From the human T2T-CHM13v2.0 reference genome, Homo sapiens: a stretch of 64,000 bases of DNA. The stretch is taken from the NCBI RefSeq assembly GCF_009914755.1, contig NC_060928.1. One strand, given 5' to 3'. Under the pieces are notes generated by a model. It was not told the origin of the DNA. It searched no databases and saw nothing but the letters and a program-made list of their open reading frames with translations. Every line of letters starts with the position of its first letter. Position 1 is the stretch's first letter. A program made the position numbers and the translations under genes. Positions 1 through 17,285 of this stretch are shown one piece after another.

Positions 1-3607
<3,607 letters not shown>

Positions 3608-3670
3608 TATGATGCTAGCTGGTTATTTTGCCTGGTAATTGATGCAGTTTCTTCATAGTGTTGATGATCT

Positions 3671-4696
3671 TTACAATTTGGTGTGTTTTTGCAGTGGCTG
3701 GTACCAGTTTTTTCTTTCCATATTTAGTGCTTCCTTCAGGAGCTCTTGTAAGGCAGGCCTGGTGGTGACAAAATCCCTCAGCATTTGCTTGTCTATAAAG
3801 GATTTTATTTTTCCTTCACTTATGAAGCTTAGTTTGGCTGGATATTAAATTCTGGGTTGAAAATTCTTTCCTTTAAGAATGTTGAATATTAGCCCCCACT
3901 CTCTTCTGGCTTGTAGGGTTTCTCCAGAAAGATCTGCTGTTAGTCTGATGGGCTTCCCTTTGTGGGTAAGCCGACCTTTCTCTCTGGCTGCCCTTAACAT
4001 TTTTTCCTTCATTTCAACCTTGGTAAATCTGACAATTATGTGTCTTCGGATTGCTCTTCTCAAGGAGTATCTTTGTGATGTTCTCTGTATTTCCTGAATT
4101 TGAATGTTGGCCCTTCTTGCTAGGCTGGGGAAGTTCTCCGGATAATATCCTGAAAGATGTTTGCCATCTTGGTTCCATTCTCCCCATCACTTTCAGGTAC
4201 ACAAGTCAAATGTAGGTTTGGTCTTTTCACATAAGTCCCATATTTCTTGGAGGCTTTGTTCATTCCTTTTCATTCTTTTTTCTCTAATCTTGTCTTCACA
4301 ATTTATTTCATTAAGTTGATCTTCAATCTCTGACATCCTTTCTTCTGCTTGATCAATTTTGCTATTGATACTTGTGTATGCTTCACCAAGTTTTCATGCT
4401 GTGTTTTTCAGCTCCATCAGGTCATTTATGTTCTTCTCTAAACTGGCCATTCTAGTTAGCAATTTCTCTAAGCTTTTTTGAAGGTTCTTAGCTTCCTTGC
4501 ATTGGATTAGAACATGCTCCTTTAGCTTGGAGGAGTTTGTCATTACCCACCTTCTGAAGCTTACTTCTGTGAATTTGTTAAGCTCATTCTCCTTCCAGTT
4601 TTGTTCCTTTGCTGGTGAGGAGTTGTGATCCTTTTGAGGAGAAGAGGCATTCTGGTTTTCGGAATTTTCAGCCTTTTTGTACTGGTTTTTCCTCAT
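3671..4696 (-). pseudogene. L1 ORF1 remnant
   Basis: ATG at 4696. Fragments include RHIIVRFTKVEMKEKMLRAAREKG (3845-4063). Terminal TAA at 3671-3673. Confidence 0.88.
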
Positions 4697-6199
4697 CTTC
4701 ATGGATTTATCTACCTTTGGTCTTCGATGTTGGTGACCATTGGATGGGGTTTTTGTATGGACATCCTTTTTATTGATGTTGGTGCTCTTCCTTTCTGTTT
4801 GTTAGTTTTCCTTTTAACAGTCAGGCCCCTCTGCTGCAGGTCTGCTGGAGTGGGCTGGGGTTCCACTCCAGACCCTCTTTTCCTGGTTATTACCAGCAGA
4901 GGCTGCAGAACAGCAAAGATTGCTGCCTGTTCTTTCCTCTGGAAGCTTTGTCCCAGAGGGGAACCCACCAGATGCCAGCTGGAGCTCTCCTGTATGAGGT
5001 GTCTGTCCACCCCTGTTGGGGAGTCTCTCCCAGTCAGGAGCCACGGGGGTTAGGGACCCACTTGAGGAGGCAGTCTGTCCCTTAGCCGAGCTTGAGCACT
5101 GTGCAGGGAGATCTGCTGCTCTCTTCAGAGCCAGCAGGCAGGAATGTTTAATTCTGCTGAAGCTGCACCCACAGCCACCCCTTCCCCCAGGTGCTCTGTC
5201 CCAGTCCCAGGGAGATGGGAGTTTTTTCTAGAATTCCTCTACTGGGGCTTCTGCCTTTCTTTCAGAGATGACCTGCCCAGAGAGGAGGAATCTAGAAAGG
5301 CAGTCTTGATATAGTGGCTTTGCTGAGCTGTTGTGGGCTCTGCTCAGTTCAAACTTTCCCGTGGCTTCGTTTACACTGTGAGGGTAAAACCGCCTACTCA
5401 AACCTCAGTAATGGTGGATGGCCCTCCCCCCACCAAGCTCGAGAGTCCCAGGTCGACTTCAGACTACCATCTGGCAGCGAGAATTTCAAGCCAGTTGATC
5501 TTAGCTTGCTGGGCTCTGTGGGGGTGACATCCACTGAGCTAGACAACTTGGCTCCCTGGCTTCAGCCACCTTTCCAGGGGAGTAAACGGTTCTGTCTTGC
5601 TGGCATTCCAGGTGCCACTGGGGTATGAAAAGAAACTCCTGAAGCTAGCTCAGTGTCTGCCCAAATGGCTGCCCAGTTTTGTGCTTGAAACCCAGGGTCC
5701 TGGTGGCATAGGCAGCCTAGGGAATTTCCTGGTCTGCGGATTGTGAAGACCATGGGAAAAGCATAGTATCTGGGCTGGAATGCACTATTCCTCATGGCAC
5801 AGTCCCTCACAGCTTCCCTTGGCTAGGGAGGAGAGTTCCCCAATCCCTTGCACTTCCCGGGTGAGGTGACATCCCACCCTGCTTTGGCTCGCCCTCCATG
5901 GGCTGTACCCACTGTCTAACAATTCCCAATGGGATGAGCTGGGTACCACAGTTGGAAATGCAGAAATCACCTGCCTTCTGCATTGATCTCGCTGGGAGCT
6001 GCAGACCAGAGCTGTTCCCATTTGGCCATCTTGCCCCTCACCCTACTTATCTTAAAAATAACCAGCGAGGTTGCATTCCAGTGGCATTTACTTGTCATCA
6101 CAGAAAAGGTTAGCAAATTTGTAGTATTTATGTTTTTCATAAAGGAAAAATGAAGAAGATATTTATGTTTGACATTAATCTTACCTTGAGATAACCACA

Positions 6200-6640
6200 T
6201 TGTATGTGGGGTACTGAGTTAACCTACTGTTGCTTCAATGGTGACAAACAGGATCTCAGTTGTCTCTGGCATAAGCATGATTTCTTGCTCACAGGTCTGG
6301 GGCAACTCTGCTTCCAGCTGTGGGTGATTGGGATTGATGCCAGGTGGCAGGCCTGCTGCACTCATCATATTGCAGAGATCAGGCTAATGGTTACCAGCAA
6401 CCAGGGAATATTCTTCTCATGACAGCTGCAGAAGTGAGCAGAGCCAAGCCAAATTGGCAAGCATATTTCAAGCCTCTGCTCATGCAACAGCCTCTAATAT
6501 CCCATTGGCCAAAATGAGTCCACACTAAGCCCAAAGTCAAGGGTGGTAAGAACACTCCACCCACCATGAGTCTATGTCAAGGGAATGGAATTTTATAGCA
6601 GAAAAATAAAGAACTGAGACCAATAATTTAGTTCACCACA
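6200..6640 (-). mobile_element. Old MaLR LTR (MLT1 family)
   Basis: MLT1-like blocks TTCAAGCCTCTGCT...ATCCCATTGGCCAAA...CCCAAAGTCAAGGG. Boundaries are approximate. Confidence 0.5.
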
Positions 6641-6789
6641 GGTTCCCAAGTATTTTATTGTCATACCTCATCTCACTAAAGCATATTTATATAAATTCCA
6701 CTAAAGGAATTTATCTTTGTAAACTTTCCTCAAATGTGTTCATTTATTCCCATCAAACTCTTGCCCTATCAGGAGTTACACTAACACAG

Positions 6790-7086
6790 TGTATTAGTAC
6801 ATTTTCGCACTGCTGATAAAGACATATCCAAGACCGGTTAATTTACAAAGAAAAAGAGGCTCAATGGACTCACAGTTTCGCATGGCTGAGGAGGCCTCAC
6901 AATCATGGTGGAAAGTGAAAGACACATCTTCCATGGCGGCAGACAAGAGGGAATCTGAGGGAAGCAAAAGGGGAAGCCACCCCCATGATTCAATTATCTC
7001 CCACAGGTCCCTCCCACAACATGTGGGAATTAAAGGAGCCACAATTAAAGATGAGATTTGTGTGGGCACGCTGCCAAACCATATCA
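6790..7086 (-). mobile_element. THE1 (THE1C-like) MaLR solo LTR with internal deletion
   Basis: Minus-strand termini TGATATGGTTTGG...CTAATACA. Perfect 5-bp TSD CACAG at 6785-6789 and 7087-7091. Confidence 0.9.
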
Positions 7087-8343
7087 CACAGGTAACACAG
7101 ATGTGTTAGTGTGGCATGTTTTTTCCCCTTTTTAAATAAAAGTCATTTTCTACTGAATTCACTATTGAATTCTACTGGACAGCTTTCCTTAGAGGTTCAC
7201 ACACACAAAATTAGTCCTTCCTATGTTCATTACTGAAACAGAATGCTACAAACTGTCAGGTAAAGCATGCTGGCAACATCTGTGTTTTCCCCCAACAGAA
7301 TAATAAACCTCCCAAACCATTTAGCTTGTGCCAATTCTAATTTGGTCCATTTTATAGCAGTGTTTTTTTTTTTTGTACGTCTTCCAACAATATTTTATGA
7401 CAGATGAATATCTATTTGTTTGTAACAGTATTATTTTCAGCGCATTGTTTCAGCAGTTTTCACCACCATGGGAAAAATGAGTGTTACTTCCAGTGCTGTG
7501 TGGCTTGCTTGGTTTCAGTTTTAAGACATCTCATATGGCCATTCTAAATATTTATCATTCAATTTTGTGAAATGTAGTTATAAAGTACTAGATTGATATC
7601 ACATGATTTTAAATACTTCTGAAAAGTGGTTGGGGTCGTTAATGTTTTGCCTTGTTGGTTTTTTATTGTGACACAACACATACAAAATTTCTCATTTTAA
7701 CCATTTTTAAGTGTATGGTTCAGCAGTATTAAGTACATTCATATTGTTGTGCAACCATCACCACAGGCATCCATCTCCAGAACACTTTTCACCTTGTGAA
7801 AATCAAACTCTATATCTATCAAACAATAACTCCCCATTCTTCCCTCCCCTAGCCTCTGGCAACTGCCATTTTACTTTCTGTCCCTGTGATTTTGACTACC
7901 TTAAATACCTCATATAGGTGGAACCATACAGTATTTTTCATTTGTGATTGGCTTATTTTGCTTAGCATAATGCTTCAAGTTTCACTCATGTGTAACATAT
8001 GTCAGAATTCCCTTCACTTTTAAAATTAAGTAATATTTTATTGTATGTAGGTACCATATTTTATGTACACATTCATCTGTGAATGAACACTTGAGATGCT
8101 TCCATGTTTTAGCTACTGTGAATAATGCTGTCAGGAACATGGGTTTACAAGTATCTCTTTGATACTCTGCTTTCAATTATTTTGGGTATGTACCCATAAG
8201 TTGAATTGATGAATCATATGGTAATTCTATTTTAATCTTTTGAGAGACAACCATACTGTTTTTTACAACAGCTCTACCATTTTGCATTCCCACCAATAGC
8301 ACACTGGGCTTCCAATTTCTGTACATTCTCACCAACACTTATT

Positions 8344-8345
<2 letters not shown>

Positions 8346-8389
<44 letters not shown>
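8346..8389. repeat. (TG)22 microsatellite
   Basis: Perfect dinucleotide run. Confidence 0.97.
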
Positions 8390-8390
<1 letters not shown>

Positions 8391-11300
8391 TTTTTTTTGG
8401 CGGGGGGGATAGTAGCTGTCCTAATGGGTGTGAGGTGGTGTCTCTTTGTAGTTTTGATTTGCATTTCTCTAATTATTGGTCATGTCAAGTATCTTTTTAT
8501 GTGCTTATTGGTCATTCGTATGTCTTCTTTGGAGAAATGTTTACTCAAGTCCTTTGCCCGTTTTTGAATTGTGTTTTTAAATTTCTTGTTGTTGAGTTTT
8601 AGGAGTTCTCTGTATAGTCTGTATATTAATGCCTTAGCAGATATATTATTTGCAAATATTTTCTCCCATTCTGTGAGTTGCCTTTTTACCTGATAATGTC
8701 TTTTGACATGTAATATTTTTAAACTTTGATGAAGTCCAATTTTCTGTTTTTTAAAAAATTTCCTATGCCTTTGGTACCTTACCCAAGAAATCATTGCCAA
8801 ATCCAATTTCATGAAGTCCTATGCTTTCTTCTAAGAGTTTTACAGTTTTATATATTACTTTTAGACTTCAATTCATTTTTAGTTAATTTTTGTATATAGT
8901 GTTAGGTAAGAGTCCAACTTCACTTTTTGCAAGTAGATATCCAGATATCCCAGCATCATTTGTCGAAAAGATTGTCCTTTCTCCACTGAATGGCCTTGCC
9001 ACACTTGTCCGAATATTATTTGATCATGTACGGGAGGGTTTATTTCTGGGCTATCTCTTCCATTGGTCTATATGTCTGTCTTTATGCCAGTGCCACACTG
9101 TTTGGTTATTATAGCTTTGTAGTAAGTTTTGAAACCGGGAAGTGTGAGTCCGCCAGCATTGCTCTTCCTTTTCAAGATTGTTTTAGCTATTTGTGGTCTT
9201 TGGAGATTCCCTATGAATTTTAGGATGAACTTTTCTATTTCTTCAAAAGACAGCATCGAAATTCTGATAGGGAGTGCATCATACTGGTAGATCACTTGGA
9301 TAGTATTGACATCTTAACAAATTAAGTCTTCCAATCTGTGAATATATTTCCATTTATTTATGTCTTTTCTAATTTCTTTCAGCAATGTTTTGTAGTTTCC
9401 TTTGTAGAAATCTTTTACCTCCTTGGATAAGTCAATTCCTAAGTATTTTATTTTTTGATGCTATTATTAATGGAATGGTTTTCATAACTTCTTTTCTGGG
9501 TTGTTCATTGTTAGTGTATAGAAATGCAACTAATTTTGTATGTTGTCTTTGTATCCAGGTACTTTGCTGGTTTTGTTTATTCTAACAAATTTTTGTGGAA
9601 TCTTTAAAGTTTTCTACCTATAAAATTATATTATCTGTGAATGGAGATAGTTTAACTTCTTCCTTTCCAATTTGGATGCTTTTTTTTTTTTTGGAAATAA
9701 GTTTCTCTTCCTGTTAAATACAAGAGAGAAAATCAACCAAATCAAATATTTTGTTTAATACAATGGATATATTTGGGGGAAATTTTTTAAAAATTAAAAA
9801 GGAGACAGTACAAATAAATATATTAAGATGAAACAGGGAAGATAAACTAAGATAAAGCAGATATCAAAATAATAAAAAGAATCATATGGACTTTATACAA
9901 ATAAATTTGAACATTTATATAAAGTGAACAATTTCCAAGGAAAATATAATTTCACGTAACTGAGTCAGGAAGAAATAGAAAACCAAAGGGACCTATAATC
10001 ATTAAAGATGCTGAATCTATAATTATATAAAACTCTATTCTACCACTCCTAAAAAAGAAGGAAGAGGAGAAAATGGAGAAGGGGAAACTGAAGAACTACC
10101 ACCAGGTCAAAATGATTTTAATAGCTAGTTCTACCAAATATTGGAACAGGCAAATCCAGTCTTATACAAATGCTTCCAGAGAGTTCAGACGACCCAAATT
10201 GTTCTCAAAGATGATTTAATTTTCTTCTTTGAGGAAGAACAATTCTGTTTCTTCTCAATTTCTTGAATTTGCTTTGGTAACTTTTACTTTCTTTTCATAC
10301 AACGTTCAAAGGAGGAGAACGGGCTGAAAAAATATTATTCCTTTATCTAATGGAAGAATGGTCAATATGAAATCAGAGATACACACACACACACACACAC
10401 ACCCCCATCCACACACACACCCCCTCCATTTTAAAGGAAGTGTCAATATAGATGCTTTTTATTTCTTTTTCTTGCCTAATTGCTCTGGCTAGAACTTTCA
10501 GTACTGTATTTAATAGAAGTGATGAAGGCAGATGTCCCTGTCTTAGGTCTGATCTTAGAGGAAAAGCTTCTGGTCTTTCACTTTTGAGTATTATGTTCAC
10601 TGTACATTTTTCATATATTACTTTGATTATGTTGAGGTAATTTCCTTCTATTTCTAGTTTGTTGGGGGTTTTTGTCATGAAAGAATGTTGAATTTTGTCA
10701 AATTCTTTTTCTGCATCAATTGAGATAATCATTTGGGTTTTCCCCTCTTCATTTTAGTAATATGGTGTATTACATTTATCAATTTTCATATGTTGAACAA
10801 TCTTCTCATTCCACTTGGACATGGTATATATTCCTTTTAATATGTTGCTGGGTTCCATTTTCAGGTATTCTGTTAAGAATTTTTGCATCAATGTTCATAA
10901 GAAATATTGGTCTGTAGTTTTCTTGTAGTATCTTTGTCTGACTTTGATATCAAGGTATTACTGCCCTCATAGGACGAATTAAGAAGTGTTTCCATTTCTT
11001 TAATTTTAAGAAAAAGTTTGAGAAGAATCTGTGTTAGCTCTTCTTTAAATGTTTAATAGAACTCACCAGTAAAGCCATCAGGTCCTGGGCTTTCTTTGTT
11101 GGGAGATTTTTTTCATTACTGATTTAACCTCCTTACTAATTATAGATCTGTTCAGATTTCTATTTCTTTGTGATTAGGTCTTGGTAGGTTTGTGTTTCTA
11201 GGAATTTGTCCATTTTATCTCGGTTATTCAATTTGTTATAATACAGTTGTTCATGTAATCCTTTTTATTTCTGTAGAATTAGTAGTAAAGTCCCCAGTTT

Positions 11301-11694
11301 CATTCTGATTTTAGTAATTTGAGTCTCTCTTTTTTTCTCTTGGTCAACCTAGCTAAAGATTTGTCAACTTTGTTGATCTATTCAAACAACCTATCTTTGA
11401 TTTTATTGATTTTCTCCATTGTTTTTCTCTCTCTATTTCATTTCTCTCCACTTGACTCTTATTTCCTTCCTTCTAGCTTTGGGTTTAACTTTTTTCTAGT
11501 TCCTTAAATGGTAAAGTTAGGCTGTTGATTTGAGTTCTGCTTTTTAATATTAGTGTTTATAGCTATACATTTCCTCCTTAGCACTACTTTTTCTGTGTCC
11601 CATAGTTTTGGTATGCCATATTTTTGTTTTCATTCATCACTAAATCACCCTTGTGATTTCCTCTTTAATCCATAGGTTGTTTGAGTGTGTTGTT

Positions 11695-11973
11695 GGCCAG
11701 GGCAGTGGTTCATGCCTGTAATTCCAGCCCTTTGGGAGGATTGCTTGCGGCCAGGAGTTTGAGACCAGCCTGGGCAACATAGCAAGACTCCATCTCTACA
11801 AAAGAAAAAAAAAATAACCAGGCATGGTGGTGGGTGCCTGTGGTCCTAAATACTCAGGAGGCTGAGGTGGAAGGATTGCTTGAGCCCAGGATTTCAAGGC
11901 TGCAGTGAGCTATGATTAAGCCACTGCACTGTACTCCAGCTGGGTGACAGAGTGAGACCTAAACTCAAAAAAA
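11695..11973 (+). mobile_element. Alu (AluJ-like)
   Basis: GGCCAGGGCAGTGG start, dimeric body with J-type GAGGATTGCTTGAGCCCAGG, A tail. Confidence 0.9.
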
Positions 11974-14058
11974 GTATGATGTTTAATTTTGAATAATATA
12001 AGTTTTCAAATTTTTCTTCTGTTACTCATTTCTAATTTCATTCACTTATAGTTGGAAAACATACTTTTTAGATACCTATCATTTAAAATTTATTAAAACT
12101 AATATATGCTGTATCCTGAAAAATGTCTTATGTGCACTTGTGAAGAACGTGTATTCTGCGGTTGTTGGTTAGTGTTCTGTATATGTCTGTTAGATCTAGT
12201 GGGTTTATTATGTGTTCAGTTCTCTATTTCTTTACTTATCTTCTGTCTAGTTGCTCTGTCCGTTATTGACAGTAAGCTATTAACTTCCTCAACTATTATT
12301 ATAAAACTGTCTATTTCTCTCTTCAGTTCTGTCCACTATGGACAGAAAGCTATTAACATCTTCAACTATTATTGTAAAACTGTCTATTTCTCCCTTCAAT
12401 TCTGTTCATTTTTGCTCATATATTTTGATAATTTGTTATTAGGTACATAAATGTTTATAGTTGCTTCATCTTCTTACTATATTGAACCTTTTACTAACAT
12501 ATAATGCTCTTCTTTGCCTCTTATAAATTTTTTTGATCTGAAGTCTATTTTGTCTTACGTAAGTATAGCCACACTTACCCTCTTTTGGTTACTATTTACA
12601 TGAAATATCTTTTTCTATCCTTTCATTTTCAATGTATTTCTTTCTTTGTATCTAAAGTGAGTCTCCTGTAGATGGCATATATTTGGATCTTTCAAAAATC
12701 CATTTAGCCAATCTATCTCTTGATTGGAGAATTTTATCCATTCACATTAGAAGTAATTACTGATAAGAAGGGACTACTTCTGTCATTTTCCTGTTTGTTT
12801 TATATGTGTCTTATAGCTTTTCTTTTTCCCTCATTTTCTGTGGTACTATCTTTTTTTGTGTTTGGTTGTATATTTTTGTAGTGAAATGTTTTAATTCCCT
12901 TCTCATTTCATTTTTTTACATTCTATATCTATTTTCTTTGTCATTTCTTTGGGGATTATATTTAATATCTGCAAGTTATAATGCTCTAATTAGAATGTAT
13001 ACCATCTTAACTTCAATAACATAAAAACACTCTGCTCCTTAACAACTCTATTCCCATCTCTTTTAGTTATTGATGTCATGACATTATCTTTTTACATTGT
13101 AAGCCCTAAAACATAAACCAATTTTTTTTTTACTTCATTGGCCACCTCCTAAATGATGTAGAAAACAATATGTGGAATTACAAACAAAAGTTACAATAAT
13201 ACTTCCTTTCATAACTGCACATGTATTTACCTTTCTTGGGATCTTTTATCTTTATACTGATTCAAGTTACTGTCCAGTGTCCTTTCACTTCACCCTGTAG
13301 GATTGCTGCTGCTGAGCTAAGAGCTGAAATTGACTGCAATTTACTGTTCTAACCTTCACCTGGAATTTGCAAGCCTTCAATAGACTCCAGAGTTCCAAAA
13401 TAGTTATATTGCACTGATTCTGCCAGTGTAATTATTGTCTAGGTAGGAAGATAGATTCTGTTGGTTCCTACTCTGCTGTCTCCCCATAATTTTTGCCTGC
13501 TTAGCCTTTAAGGGTCTTGCAAATTGTGATGCTTCTAGACTATCAATAACTAATATCTCACACACAAGATACATTTACAAAGAAGATTATCATTTGTGAG
13601 AGTGGATATAAACCTATATTTCAGATAGACATTAATATTTTTGAGAAATTTTGGCCAACTTCTAGTCATATATTTCTCTACAACATTTCTTTTACAAATT
13701 GTCATGTGACTGATAAAGGGCTTGTACTAGGTAGTCACAAAATAACAGATTTGCCATTTTGTGTGCATCCTTGCATTATTAACGTGATAGAGTTGGTCTA
13801 TGATTTCTCTGCAACATCTTTTTTTTGTTGTTGTTCCACTTGGGAAGGTTGATTTAACTGAAATTTGAGCATACCTCTGTAAATCTACTTCCCCTGGCTG
13901 AAGCCCACGTGCCTCAAACTGCTGAAAGTGAAGTACTTGTGGCTACCACTGTCAGCTCCTCATGGGATTCTTCCACCAGTACACCTCCCATGCTGAGTGG
14001 GCAACATGGCTAGAGAATAGGTGACTGAGTGTGGACCATGCTTCTAGTAAATAACAAT

Positions 14059-14407
14059 TGTCCCCACCCAAATCTTATCTTGAATTGTAGCCCCCATAAT
14101 TCCCATGTGTCGTGGGAGGGACCTGGTGAGAGGTAACTGAATCATGGGGGTGGGTCTTTCCCATGCTGTTCTCATGATAGTGAATAAGTCTCACAAGATC
14201 TGATGGTTTTATAAAGGGGAGTTCCCCTGCACACACTCTTTCTTGCCTGCTACCATATAAGATTTGACTTTGCTCCTCATTCACCTTCTGCCATGATTGT
14301 GAGGCCTCCCAGCCATGTGGAACTGTGAGTCCATTAAATCTCTTTTCTTTATAAATTACCCAGTCTTGGGTATGTCTTTATTAGCAGCATGAGAACAGAC
14401 TAATACA
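14059..14407 (+). mobile_element. THE1B-like MaLR solo LTR lacking first ~15 bp
   Basis: TGTCCCCACCCAAATC...GGTTTTATAAAGGGGAGTTCCCCTGCAC...GACTAATACA. Confidence 0.9.
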
Positions 14408-14573
14408 ATAATGAAGGCTAATTTCAATTTTTTAAGATAAATGCATATAAATAGAACTTCTAATCCTGATCCCACAGTCCTGTTTTAAAGACTGCTAATT
14501 CAGGTCAGTAGTTATGTAGTGGTTTAAAAGTTTCTTAATAGAATAGTTTAATTATGTGTTCAAGATTAGGTTA

Positions 14574-14878
<305 letters not shown>

Positions 14879-16463
14879 AAGATTAGGTTCTACTAGCAGG
14901 GCCAAAAAGGCTACTCCAAAAGGCCAGCTTCCTACACCAAGAAGCCTGCTTCTCTCTCTTGGCTCTCTGTCCCCATGGTAGATTTTCTTCTTGGGCTGGC
15001 ATCTTCCAGTAAGGTGGGATGTTTTCAGAACAATTCTCTTGGTTCAAAACTGCCTTTTCCTTTCTTTCTTAAGTTTATGTTGTCCTTGTGACTTAAACCA
15101 TGTGTAATCTTTATAGTCCCATTAAAAAACTTCTGGCAGCTTTTATGTGTGGCTAAAACTTTATCTTTGAAAAATAGACTTTTACTTTTCTTTGCTGATT
15201 ACTCTGGAACTATCCCCATTGGGCTACTATAAGCTCTGGCAGTGTTGAGGGAGCCATTTAAAATTAAAGTCATTTTTTCCTTCCTGAGCTTAATAGATAC
15301 CTATTTATGCAAAGACAGAGAAAGGATCTTTGCATTTCCAGGAAATGGGGAAGATCATGAGACTGTGTAAATATGGTTTGAGGCAGAACTGTGACTAATA
15401 GAATTTTGTTCCATTCAGGAAATAAGAAAACAACATGAGGAAGGTAAAGAGCAAATTATGAATAGATTTCTGCTTAATAAGATGTCCAAAGAATTAGACA
15501 AGGAACATTAAGCCCCATAAGAAGAAGGAAGAGTAATCTGACCTGTTGAAGTTACTGGGAAATAGGCCAGGTTTATCTTTAAGCATCCAGTCTTGCCCTG
15601 TTATTGGTAATGATCTCTAATACTTTTATAGCCCTTTGAAATTTACATAGAGCTTTTCTCGCTGGTGGCATCCTTCTTCCTACATTCTTCCCTGGCTCCT
15701 GTGGGCTTTCATCACATCTGATCTCAGAAATGCATTTGCTTAACTCATTCCTAATAAGCAGCTTCAAATCCTTTTTGTAAGAAGACAGGGTCAAATAAAA
15801 AAAAAATCATTCAACAAAGGAAAGAATGGCTGATAATGTTAAATGTGTGACCTTTCCAGAGGCATTTGTATTTTATCAGAAGATAAGTTAAACAGATGAA
15901 TCTCTAATTCTATAAGTAAGGCAGCAGGAGAGATTTTTCTGGAGGGAAGGGAAAACATAACACTCGGAAGTGTCTTATTTTAGATCCCTGAAATAATTTC
16001 ACATTTAGGAAGCCATTTTGCTTACTGGCAAGGTATTTCTCTTTCCAGCTCTGCATAGCTGATAGCATACACTCCTTAGATTGGTTGAATTTAATTTTGA
16101 GTCCAGATTTTCAAACCATTCAAAAATATAAAATCTCAGAATTTTAGAGATTTTGGGAATCTTACCGTTATTGTGGTGAAACCCCTTATTTTATAGATAA
16201 GAAATCGAGAACAAGAAATTCTAAATCATTCTGATTAGTCAGATCCGCAAGATCCAAATGCTTTAATAAGGAAACTGAAAATCGGAGGACTAAATGTTTA
16301 GCTGACCAAGAAAGTCTCTTGAGATATGTTGTTATTTAGACCTACAGGCAGAGCATAGTGTAGTTTTTTTGTTGTTGCTCCATAAAGGTAACAGAACTAC
16401 GTCTGAGCAGTAGGAGATGTTACTACTCCAATGCCTATCAATTTGTTATTTTCATCTGTATAA

Positions 16464-16811
<348 letters not shown>

Positions 16812-16997
16812 CCACATTAATCTTTTATATTGTAATTATCTCATATTTATGACACTTAATAGATAGAAGAATACTAGAAAAGTCAACTGATGCTTTTTAA
16901 TAATGGATTCTTCCATCACATTAGCAAATATCTCCTTTCTTACAATATGGTATTGTTGAGCTGCTGGACTTCTTGTTAGCTTTACAGCATCATAGAG

Positions 16998-17285
16998 TTT
17001 ATTTTATTGAGATAGAGTCTTGCTCTGTCACCCAAGCTGGAGTACAGTGGCAGAATCATGGCTCACTGCAGCCCTTGACCTCCTGGGCTCAAGTGATCCT
17101 CTCACCTCAGCCTCCTGAGTAGCTGGGGGTACAGCTGTGCTACCACACTCAGCTAATTTTTTTTTTTTTTGTATTTTTTGTAGAGATGTAGTTTTGCCAT
17201 TGTGCCCAAGCTGGTGTCAAATTCCTGGGCTCCAGTGATCCTCTCAAAGTGCTGGGATTACAGGCATGAGCCACTGCACCCAGCC
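16998..17285 (-). mobile_element. Alu (AluJ-like)
   Basis: Antisense dimer with J-type GGCTCAAGTGATCCTC, and TCATAGA flanking both sides. Confidence 0.9.

Larger units (their letters stand above)
7660..13300 (-). mobile_element. Old L1M (L1MB-like 3' end plus ORF2 body), interrupted at 9685-10450 and 11695-11973
   Basis: L1MB-type 3' end at ~7670-8340. Degenerate ORF2 peptides at 8480-8812, 9068-9295 and 10373-10732. Confidence 0.8.
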
